From positions 1-62,371 of IMG/VR virus record IMGVR_UViG_3300032318_002859: a DNA stretch of 62,371 nucleotides, one strand, 5' to 3'. Positions 9,457-18,100 of this stretch are shown piece by piece. The stretch is from a virus (lineage: Duplodnaviria > Caudoviricetes). Position 1 is the stretch's first letter. Each line of letters starts with the position of its first letter. The notes below the pieces were generated by a model. The model was not told the origin of the DNA. It made no database searches and saw nothing but the letters and a program-made list of their open reading frames with translations. A program made the translations under genes and the position numbers.

Positions 9457-9904
9457 GCAGCTGCTGCGCGAGGTGGTGACGGAGGCCTGGGGCCAGTTCT
9501 CCGCCTATGTGGATTCCGAGCTCACGCGGCACATCACCGAGCCGAAGTGGCCATGGCCGAATGGGGAGAGCCCCAGGGACATCGTGAATATCGGCGACCT
9601 GCGGAACTCCCAGCAGATGTCGATCGATTCCAGGCCCGGGGTGATGGAGACCAAGTACCGCTATTCAGCTCCCCATGCCCCGGCAGTGCACGATGGCGCC
9701 GTTTTCAAGGCCACCAATGCCAACGGCCAGCCCCGGACCATGACGGCCCGGCCCTGGACCCGCGAGCTGCTGAAGGACCGGGTGCGGCTGCAGAAGGCCT
9801 TCAAGCTCCACTTCACCCTGGCGGCCAAGCGGCGGGGCCTCGGCGGGAACCGGGGCGGCCGGCTGCCGGCCCCGGCGCTGCCGCCCGCCGGAGGTGCTGC
9901 ATGA
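9449..9904 (+). CDS. Neck protein (HK97 gp10-like)
   Basis: SPRDIVNIGDLRNS..YSAPHAPAVHDG..ARPWT. Confidence 0.7.
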   Translation: MDEQLLREVVTEAWGQFSAYVDSELTRHITEPKWPWPNGESPRDIVNIGDLRNSQQMSIDSRPGVMETKYRYSAPHAPAVHDGAVFKATNANGQPRTMTARPWTRELLKDRVRLQKAFKLHFTLAAKRRGLGGNRGGRLPAPALPPAGGAA

Positions 9905-10341
9905 GCCAGCCGCGCTGCCAGGTGGAGCTGGGCGCCAGCGTCCGCCAGGTGGCGGATGAACTGCGCGCGATGTTCGGCCCCTTCCTTGGCCTCTACCACC
10001 GTCCAGAAGGCCCACCGATCCAGGCTTTCTGGACGGTGGGCAAGGGGCAGGTGCGGCCCAGCTACACCGCCACCGGCATTGAGGCGGTGCTCACCCAGGC
10101 GCCGGACCGCGAGCTCCTCGGGGCGCCCACCAGGCGCATGGCAACCATGCGGACCTGGACGCTCACCTTCACGCAGTTCGACACCAGCAGCGATCTGGAG
10201 GAGGTGCGGCTGCAGGCCTTTCGGGCGTGGCCGACAGCGCCCAAGCCACGCCACCAGCCCCAGACTGACGACACCTACGAGCGACTCATCCTGGAGTTGC
10301 CGGATCCCGTCTACATCAACTCGCTGGCAGCCAGCGGTTGA
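9901..10341 (+). CDS. Probable tail terminator
   Basis: ATGA-coupled start at 9901; directly before tube gene. Confidence 0.6.
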   Translation: MSQPRCQVELGASVRQVADELRAMFGPFLGLYHRPEGPPIQAFWTVGKGQVRPSYTATGIEAVLTQAPDRELLGAPTRRMATMRTWTLTFTQFDTSSDLEEVRLQAFRAWPTAPKPRHQPQTDDTYERLILELPDPVYINSLAASG

Positions 10342-10393
10342 CCCAGCGGATCACCCCTTCTTCCCTTCTCCCTGACCCTTCACGGAAACCACC

Positions 10394-11404
10394 ATGGCTG
10401 ACATTGCGCTCGGGCAAGGCTTCGTCAAGGCGCATCGCTGCGTCCTGCTGATGACGCCACTGCGAGCCCCCTGCCGATATTTCGCCAACCGCGACAACAG
10501 CGGCTTCATCACCCGCCCCAGCTTTGACCCCGGGGACTGGCCTCGGGAGCTGCAGACCGTCAAGCAGGTGTCGTTCTCGGTCGACAACAACGACAAGGAG
10601 TTCCGGCTGATCGGCGACGGGGGCTGGAGCGATTCGGTGACCGTCGGCAGCAAGGTGAGCGCGAGCTTCGACACCTTCTTCTCGCGGTTGATCGTGCAGG
10701 GCGCCGGCGGGACCTGTCCGGAGTTCCGCGGCGACTACTCCGAGGAGTTCGCCATGGTGGAGAAGGCCCGCTACGACACCGACTCGGAGGTGTTCGTGGA
10801 GCTGTTCAAGGAGCTGGGCCGGTCCGGTGGCAACACGGGCGACTTCATCTACGACTACGCCTGTTTCAACGCCGCGCTGAGGAACTACAAAGAGCCGCAG
10901 GCGGCGGATGATCTGATCAACGTGACCTTCGACGGCATGAGCCGCGGCCGGGCGGTCTTTGGGCGGTTCAATGCCGGCAGCCAGCCGCTCGCATCGGGGG
11001 CGATCCAGAGCGTGATCCTCACCACGGCCCCTGGCAGCGGCAGCCGCCGCTATGCGGTGGTGCCGGCCGACAACGCCAGCGCCGTCGCGGTCGGCAACAA
11101 CCTGACGGTGACTTACACCAGCGATGGCACCGCCCCGCTCACCCAGCTGGCGCTGGGAGCGGCCGATGGCAGCGGCTTCCGCCTCGAGCTGGCCTCCAGC
11201 GGCATCCAGATCCCGTGCACCGTCACCTTGACGGGTGGTGTGGTGACGATCAATCCGGTGGCGGACCTGGCCGCGGCCACCATCCACCGGCTGGTGGTGC
11301 GCGATGGCGCCATCACCCAGGCGGTGAACCCCTCGCTGGTGGCCGATGCCACCGGCATCCGCCGGCCCCTGGCGGGCTTCTCCACCACCTTCCGCACCGC
11401 TTGA
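10394..11404 (+). CDS. Major tail tube protein with C-terminal Ig-like (Big_5-like) domain
   Basis: Position; C-terminal VVPADNASAVAVGNNLTVTY..VVTINPVADLAAAT..FSTTFRT. Confidence 0.75.
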   Translation: MADIALGQGFVKAHRCVLLMTPLRAPCRYFANRDNSGFITRPSFDPGDWPRELQTVKQVSFSVDNNDKEFRLIGDGGWSDSVTVGSKVSASFDTFFSRLIVQGAGGTCPEFRGDYSEEFAMVEKARYDTDSEVFVELFKELGRSGGNTGDFIYDYACFNAALRNYKEPQAADDLINVTFDGMSRGRAVFGRFNAGSQPLASGAIQSVILTTAPGSGSRRYAVVPADNASAVAVGNNLTVTYTSDGTAPLTQLALGAADGSGFRLELASSGIQIPCTVTLTGGVVTINPVADLAAATIHRLVVRDGAITQAVNPSLVADATGIRRPLAGFSTTFRTA

Positions 11405-11428
11405 TCCTGATCAGGCAGGGGGAGCATT

Positions 11429-11452
11429 GGGGGCCCTGCGGGGCCCCTTTTT
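11429..11452 (+). terminator. Rho-independent terminator
   Basis: ggggccc-tgcg-gggcccc followed by ttttt. Confidence 0.85.
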
Positions 11453-11508
11453 CGTGGCGTCACGAAAATGGCCTGAGATCAAGCGCCAAATAGAACCGCA
11501 CAATGGAA

Positions 11509-12129
11509 CTATTCCAATTGATTGCGGCAGATAGCAAAAAGATCTGTGGAGTAAAGCGCAGGGATGCTACTGCTTAAATCGCCAGCCATAATTCGCTGTA
11601 ACTCTTGTTTAACGGCTAGTGCCCATCTGGATCTACGCTGAGTTAAATACATCAGCTGTGCTCTCGCATCAAAGTAGTTACGCGTCGCTTGCTGCAAAGA
11701 TAAGCCATTCGGCGCACCGCTAGCCGCCCTTGCAATCTGGCCTTCAATGACAGCCCTCGTGCCACCATAACCTGTTGAAGCAAAATTGCTTTGCTCCACG
11801 GCATCAAGCTGAATACGCGCTGTTTGCACAGCCCACTGCTGCTGTTCTATGGCAACCTCAAGCCTTGGTATATGAGTGTGCATGGCGTACAGGAAAGCAA
11901 CGTTTGGACTGGAGCCCTTACTAATCTCTGCGCAATGCGACTCAGCGAGATCCGCTTCGGTGGGTGCTGCCACTGTGCTTGACTGCGCACAAACCGAGTC
12001 AAGGCCACTAACAGCAGCAAAAACAAGAGCCATAGCAAGAGAAGAAAACCTTCTCACTGGTGCAACTTTTCCTGTGAAAGAAAGGGCAGAAGTGACGTGG
12101 CTTAAAAAGAGAAAGCGGTGTGGGTACAT
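11509..12129 (-). CDS. Lower-GC moron encoding a predicted exported/membrane protein
   Basis: Opposite strand within tail operon; hydrophobic RRFSSLAMALVFAAVSG segment; start uncertain. Confidence 0.6.
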   Translation of the reverse strand: MYPHRFLFLSHVTSALSFTGKVAPVRRFSSLAMALVFAAVSGLDSVCAQSSTVAAPTEADLAESHCAEISKGSSPNVAFLYAMHTHIPRLEVAIEQQQWAVQTARIQLDAVEQSNFASTGYGGTRAVIEGQIARAASGAPNGLSLQQATRNYFDARAQLMYLTQRRSRWALAVKQELQRIMAGDLSSSIPALYSTDLFAICRNQLE

Positions 12130-12188
12130 TAGTTCGTGATGGTGCAGGGTGGGATTGAGACCGCTTCGGCCCTGTTTCCCTTACTGTT

Positions 12189-12292
12189 GGACCGGGGGGA
12201 GGGTCGGCCCTACCCGCAAGGGCGGGCGCCGGGAGTGGCGTTGATGTGGCGTCATTCGGGCTCCGGTATCGGAGGCCCTTCCCCTTCCACCA
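12189..12292 (+). ncRNA. Candidate cloverleaf structured RNA with 3' ACCA
   Basis: 11-bp closing stem 12194-12204/12275-12285 enclosing three hairpins (GCAA, GAUGU and GUAU loops); several G-U pairs; TACTGT -10-like box at 12182. Confidence 0.55.
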
Positions 12293-12293
12293 C

Positions 12294-12320
12294 TTGACAA
12301 AAGACGAACTGCTGTACGCT
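12294..12320 (+). promoter_or_regulatory. Possible sigma70 promoter for KilA-N gene
   Basis: Perfect TTGACA at 12294; TACGCT 15 nt downstream (short spacer). Confidence 0.35.
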
Positions 12321-12379
12321 ATCAAAGTCTGGCGGCGACGCTGGGCCCCACATCTGCCCGCTTCGAGCGGGAGCCATTG

Positions 12380-13393
12380 ATGAACAGCACCCTCACCCTC
12401 AAGGGGATGGAGTCGCGCACCTGGAACGGTGTGGCGATCCAACGGCGGCCCGCCGACGGCTACGTGAACGCCACGGCCATGTGCAAGGCCTACGGCAAGG
12501 AATTCTCCGACTACCGGCGCCTTGACCGCACAACCCAGTATTTGCAAGCCCTCTCGACGTTCCTGGGAATTCCCAGGGACCTCCTGATCCAGTCGATCAC
12601 CACCGGGTTGAACGAGCTGCGGGGCACCTGGGTCCATCCCCGCATTGCGGTGGACCTGGCCCGCTGGCTCCACCCGGAGTTCGCCGTGTGGATGGACGGC
12701 TGGTTCCTGGAGAGCTTCACTCCCAGGCTCCCCGCTGATGCCCCGCCGGCCCCCGCAGTCCTGCCGAAACGGTCCCGTCAACGGGAGGTGTGGGAGGTGG
12801 GTGGCCCCGGCGTAGTCGTTCCCGGCGCGGCCCTGCTCTCAGCGCAGCTTACCGTGGTGCTTGACGCCTACACCATGCACATGGAAGCCGAGCACGAGAT
12901 GCTGCGGTTCCCGGGATGCCGGCCGTTCCGATCGCCCCGTGCTGCGACGAAACGCTTCCTCGAGTGGTTTGCCACCACTCACGGCAAGATCTGCCACGGA
13001 CAGCTGGCCCTTTCCTCCATTGGCCTGCCAGTGGCGTCCGTGGCCGCCCCTCCCCGGCCCCCCGCGCCTTCCCGCCCGGCACCGGCAGTGCCCGGGCCGG
13101 CTCCGCGCCCCTCGCGCTATCACCAGGCTCCTCCCGCCCCCCCTTCGCCCCCGGCGCCACCGGCGCAGGCACCACAACACGACGGCTACCGCCCCGGCGA
13201 TCTGATCACCGGCCCCGATCTCTCCCACCTGTTGGGCCTTGAGCCGAAGACCATCAACAAGTGGGCCGCCGCCCGCTCGATCGGTGCGGAACGCGATGGC
13301 TGGCGGCTCATCGGCCGCGGCAAGCTCTCCGCCGGCCAGCAGTGCGCCGTCTATCCGCCAGGCTGCGCCAGTTGGCTGTTCCAGAAGCTGTGA
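12380..13393 (+). CDS. KilA-N domain protein (antirepressor-like) with Pro-rich linker and C-terminal HTH-like segment
   Basis: DGYVNATAMCKAYGKEF..GTWVHPRIAVDLARWLHPEFAVWM. Confidence 0.9.
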   Translation: MNSTLTLKGMESRTWNGVAIQRRPADGYVNATAMCKAYGKEFSDYRRLDRTTQYLQALSTFLGIPRDLLIQSITTGLNELRGTWVHPRIAVDLARWLHPEFAVWMDGWFLESFTPRLPADAPPAPAVLPKRSRQREVWEVGGPGVVVPGAALLSAQLTVVLDAYTMHMEAEHEMLRFPGCRPFRSPRAATKRFLEWFATTHGKICHGQLALSSIGLPVASVAAPPRPPAPSRPAPAVPGPAPRPSRYHQAPPAPPSPPAPPAQAPQHDGYRPGDLITGPDLSHLLGLEPKTINKWAAARSIGAERDGWRLIGRGKLSAGQQCAVYPPGCASWLFQKL

Positions 13394-13456
13394 GCAGCAC
13401 CCGCACCACGGCCCGGGCTCTGCGCCTGGGCCATCCCTCCCCATCGATCGATCCTC

Positions 13457-13792
13457 ATGCCTGTTCACCCCCTGTGGTCATCGCCACCCCCTGCTGAGTG
13501 GGAGAGCGCCATGCGCGCGGAGCTGGAGGTGCTGCGCTCCACCATCCTGCGGGTGGGGCTGTTGGCCGCCGGCATGGCCTGCTCACCTGAAGAGCGATTG
13601 CGGCTCCAGCTGCTGGCCCACGAGGATCGCGCAGGGCTGACCACGGCCAACATCCAGGAGCTGCACGACCAGGTGCTGCAGATCACCCGTTATGCGGCCG
13701 TCTACGCCCAGGCGGCTGTGAGCCAGGCCGCGGCCGCTCCTGATGATCCGCGCCGGCAGGGGCAACGCCGGCAGGGGCAACCACAGACTTGA
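13457..13792 (+). CDS. Hypothetical protein
   Basis: ORF with phage-like codon usage. Confidence 0.5.
   Translation: MPVHPLWSSPPPAEWESAMRAELEVLRSTILRVGLLAAGMACSPEERLRLQLLAHEDRAGLTTANIQELHDQVLQITRYAAVYAQAAVSQAAAAPDDPRRQGQRRQGQPQT
13751..13780 (+). repeat. 15-nt tandem duplication
   Basis: cgccggcaggggcaa x2. Confidence 0.9.
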
Positions 13793-13813
13793 GCTGACCC
13801 CAGGGGCTGATCC

Positions 13814-14062
13814 ATGGTTCACCGCCTGCTGCTCACCCCGATGCAGAACGTGGTGGCGATCGACTGCCGTGCGCCGGATTCCGCCGACCAGATGGTGGTG
13901 GGCATGCTGGTGGTGGAGGCGGGCACCACGGACACCGAAGTGCTGGTGACCGCCCCCCAGGGTGGTGCTGAGTTCTGGATGAAGCTGCCAGAGGCTGTGC
14001 TGAATCAAGGTCAGCGCTACGTTGGCTTCCAGATCCGTGCGGCCATCAGGCCCCTGCAATGA
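13814..14062 (+). CDS. Hypothetical tail-region protein
   Basis: ATGA-coupled to chaperone gene. Confidence 0.65.
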   Translation: MVHRLLLTPMQNVVAIDCRAPDSADQMVVGMLVVEAGTTDTEVLVTAPQGGAEFWMKLPEAVLNQGQRYVGFQIRAAIRPLQ

Positions 14063-14688
14063 GCCTCGACACCGTCGCGAGTCGCCTGCTGGCGTCGTTC
14101 CGCAAGGACTATCGGATCATCGGCGGGGTGTTCCGCCTGGCGGTCTACGGCAAGATCCTGCAGGGCGAAGCGGAGCTGCTGGAGCAGCACGACCGGGAGC
14201 GCTGTGTGGGCCTCGGCAGCTTCTACCGCCTCGCCGATGGCATCGCCAAGGAGAACGGCCTGCCCATCGAGGAGGTGGACAGGATGATCCAGGAGCTGGC
14301 GAAGGCGGCGAATCCAGAGGATCCCGATTCGATTCAGGGCCAACTCCAGGCCTTCGGGCTGCTGAACAGCGACCCGCAGCGCCTGATGGCCTTCCTGGCC
14401 CACCAGGCCCAGATGGACGACCAGAAGAAGGTGCTGGCCACCACCCTGCTGATCGGCCGCGGCGAGTACCTCAATGAAGCCGGCGAGTGGGTGCGCCTCA
14501 CCCCCGGCGACTGGAGCGAAGCCGACACCGCCAAGCTGCCGGCGGATCTGATCATCGAGCTCCAGGCCTTTCTGCTCGAGGAGAAGGCGGCGATGACGGC
14601 CGGGGGAAAGCCCCAGGCGTCGACGCCGACGCCGAAGCCCCAACCACAGAAGCAGCGCTCAGCCGGGAAGAGCACCGCGAACGCATAG
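14059..14688 (+). CDS. Tail assembly chaperone (gpG-like)
   Basis: Upstream of tape measure; in-frame G GGA AAG slippery site. Confidence 0.8.
   Translation: MSLDTVASRLLASFRKDYRIIGGVFRLAVYGKILQGEAELLEQHDRERCVGLGSFYRLADGIAKENGLPIEEVDRMIQELAKAANPEDPDSIQGQLQAFGLLNSDPQRLMAFLAHQAQMDDQKKVLATTLLIGRGEYLNEAGEWVRLTPGDWSEADTAKLPADLIIELQAFLLEEKAAMTAGGKPQASTPTPKPQPQKQRSAGKSTANA
14604..14610 (+). other. -1 programmed ribosomal frameshift site GGGAAAG
   Basis: Same heptamer as lambda G-T, correct X XXY YYZ phase; -1 frame open to 15101. Confidence 0.85.
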
Positions 14689-15101
14689 AGGCCTTCCTCA
14701 AGACGCCCCCCACCGACTGGGACGAGATCCAGCTGGTGCTCACCAGCGGGCTGACGTTGGATCCGCGCTGGCACGCCGATCGCTTCGCCTACCAGCCGGT
14801 GGATGCGGTGCTCAAGGCCTATCGGTGGGCCTTGCGCGAGCGCGCGAAACGCGCCAACGAGCTGAGCACCACCGTGGCGCGGTTGGCCGCGATGGTGGAG
14901 GTGGCCGCCTTCCCGGGGTTGGGCAGCAAGGGCCGCACCGAGGAGCAGTTCCTGCCGTTCAAGATCACGGATGCCCCGGGCAAGAACGCCAGGATCACGC
15001 CGGAGACCGCGGCGACGATCCGCTGGCTGATCAGCAACGGGCAGATGCCGCCACGGGTGCTGGTGCTGGCGATGGAGGAGCTGGAGCGCTCCGGCTTCTG
15101 A
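14604..15101 (+). CDS. gpT-like extension of G-T frameshift fusion
   Basis: -1 frame of gpG ORF; no convincing independent start. Confidence 0.75.
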   Translation, partial: GKAPGVDADAEAPTTEAALSREEHRERIEAFLKTPPTDWDEIQLVLTSGLTLDPRWHADRFAYQPVDAVLKAYRWALRERAKRANELSTTVARLAAMVEVAAFPGLGSKGRTEEQFLPFKITDAPGKNARITPETAATIRWLISNGQMPPRVLVLAMEELERSGF

Positions 15102-15144
15102 GCATCACCGACCCAGACTGAAGCCAGGTGGTGATGAGCAGGGT

Positions 15145-18100
15145 TTGACCCAGAGCGGCGGCGGCGAATACAGCCTTGGCACGGCCACGCTCACAATGCG
15201 TGGCGACATGCAGCCGCTGGAGCGCGACCTGGCGCGCATGCGGGCGGTGATCGCCGACATGGAAAAGCGGGGGGCGAACATCCCCCTGGGCCCCAAGCCG
15301 CCGCCGCCACCGCCGCCGGAAACGCAGCGGGGCTACGAGGGCCTGGTGAAGACCATGGAAACCCTGCGCCGCGGCATGCAGGGCGACGGCGAGGCCTTCA
15401 CCATGCTGTCGGAGCAGCTGCGGGCCTCCGGCCAGGCCGCGGCCGCTGCCGGCGGAGATGGGGGCTTCGGGGGGGCGGCTGGTGGCCTGAGCGGATTGCT
15501 GGGCATGGCGGGCAAGGCGGTGCCGATGCTGGGCCAGCTGGGCCTGGCCGCCATGGGCATTCAGGCGATCTTCGGGGGGATGAAGGGGGCGATCAGCGCT
15601 GTGCTGGGCCCGCTGGAGCAGCTATCGGCAGAAGCCGGCAGGCTGAACAAGCAGGTGGCAGAAGCAGGGATCTTCACGGCGCAGAGCTTCGCCATCCTTG
15701 GCCCTGACGGGAAACTGGTGGAGGGCACCGCCCGCCAGATGCAGATGGTGCGCGGCGCCATCCTGAAGGAGTTCAAGGGGATCCAGAAGGAAGTCGCCAA
15801 CATCAATGGCGCCACCGCCAGCGAGATTTACGAGGGCTTCAACATCATCCTCACCAACATCAGCAGCCTGGGTGAGAAGGGCACCACCGAGAACGCAGCC
15901 AAGCTGGCAACAAGGCTCGCCGCCGGCATGAACACTCTTGGGGTTCCCGGCTTCCAGCTGCGATCGGAGGTGAACGCCCTGATGATGGGCAACATCGATC
16001 GCAACGCGATGATGGCCACCAAGTTGGGCATCACCGGGGAAGACGTGCGCCAGCAGCAGGCGCAGGGCACGTACTACGACTTCCTGATGAAGAAGCTGGA
16101 GAAGCTGTACGAAGGCCAGAAGGTGCTGGCGTTGAGCCTGGCGAACGTGAAGAGCAACTTCGACGACGTGAACCAGGCGATTGCGGCGGAGTCGGGGCAG
16201 CCCCTGGAGCGGGACACCGCCCAGATGATGCAGACGATCCTGGTCACCTTCAAGAACCTCCAGGGCAGTTTCTCCGGGCTGTTCAAGTCGATCGCCGAAG
16301 CGGTGGGGCCGATCATCAAGCTGCTCGGGCCGGTGGTTTCGGCATTCACCTCCATCGGGGCGATCGCCTCATCGGTGGGGCGAGTGATCATGGATGTGTT
16401 CGGGCTGGTCACGGCCGCCCTGGCGAACGACGTGCTGCCGTTGTTCACCGCGCTGGCGCGGTCGCTGGAGCTGGTGGCCAGAACGGTGCAGCTGGTGGCC
16501 GAGGGCATCGGAGCGCTGATCAACCCGCTCAAGGCGATGCTCAACGTGGAAAGCGATGGCGATGCCGCCGGGGTGACATCCTTCTTCGATCAGATCTTCC
16601 AGGGGTTCGACAAGGCCAGCGAGGCCATCGAAGGCTTCAATCAGAAGTGGTCGAAGATGGTGCTCAACACCAGCCTGTCGAACCTGCGCGGCCGGATGAA
16701 GATGCAGGGCAAGTCTGAGGAGGAGATCGCTGCGGCTGAAAACGACATGCGCGAGCGGTTCAAGCTGCAAACCGGTCTCACGGAGGAGGTGCAGCTGCGC
16801 AGCCTCAAGCTGCCACCCAACATCACCAACTACTTGGATGAGCTGAACACCAGGCTCGGCAGCGGAGCAACCCGTGCTCTCAACATCTCCAAGGCCTGGG
16901 CGGACATCAAGCAGAAGGGCTATCAGAACGAGATCAAGAGCCTGGAGCAGGGCCTCACCCTGATGAACAAGCAGCGGGAGGTGGCCGAGGCGATGAGCTC
17001 TGTGGCGGCCGCCCGGCGCGCCCTGGCGGCCCGCAGCTTCGAGCTGGGGGTGCAGGTGGCGGCATCCCCGGAGGCCAAGGCCGCGGCCGAAGCCCGCCTG
17101 GCGGATGTGAAGCTCCGGCAGGAGAAGGAAACGATCGCCGAGCGGCGCGGGATTCTCCAGACCGAGCGGGAGATCCAGCAGCGGCAGATGCTGATCCAGG
17201 AGAAGCAGATCAAGATCCAGCAGGAGCAGCTCAAGATCCAGCTGGCCGAGGCCCGGGCTGATCAGGTGCGAGTGACGGAGGCCACGCAGGCCGTGCTCAA
17301 GGCCCGGGGCAACACCTCCCCGCGCAGCCAGGAATGGCAGGGTTTCACGCGCGAGCTGAATGTGCTGAATGCCGAGCGCGCCCGCAACGACGCCCGCGTT
17401 GCCGGCGCGCAGACCGCCCTGCGGCTGGCGTTTGAGGCCGAGGGCCAGCTGGGCACCATCAACGGCCTCGAATCCCAGCGGCTGAACCTGCAGGGGCAAC
17501 AGCTCGACATCCAGGGCCAGTCCGCCCAGTACACCCGTGAGCAGCAGGCCCTGCTGGCGCAGATCAGCCAGGCGGAACTGCGGATCACCAACGAGCTCAC
17601 CCGCGCCACCAACGAGCAGAACAGGAAGAAGCAGGCACTGGAGAACCAGACCGAGCAGATCAACCAGCAGATCAAGCTGCAGGAGCAGCAGAGCCGGCTG
17701 GAGAAGGCACAGGCGGATCTTGCCCTCACCCGAGCGAAGGCGGAGGTGGAGCAGGCGCGACGCCTGGAGGAGGTGCAGCAGTTGCAGGAGCGGGCCCGCA
17801 ATGGCGGTGGAACCGCTTCGGTGATCGAAGCGCAGATCGCGGCGGCCGCGGCCGGCGTGAGCGGAATGGAGAGCGCAGCGGACGTGCAGAAGAGGCTGTA
17901 CGACGCCCGCGAGCAGCAGATGCAGCGAGAGCACCAGCTGCAGAACCGCCAGATGGAGGTGCAGCAGATGCGGGAGCGAAGCGAGGTGCGGATCCAGGAG
18001 CTGCAGCTGCGAGGCCAGCAGGTGGCGATCGGGCTGCAGCGCGCCCAGATCCTCGCCGACATTGCCCGGCTGGGGCTTGGCCAGCAGCAGGACCGCCTCA

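Noticed and set aside
12189-12292. Genuine tRNA gene
   Set aside because: No TTC T-loop, no 7-nt anticodon loop, arm lengths non-canonical
16360-16367. HIP1 (GCGATCGC) enrichment as host evidence
   Set aside because: Only a few copies noticed (16360, 45713, 54776); enrichment cannot be established by eye in GC-rich DNA
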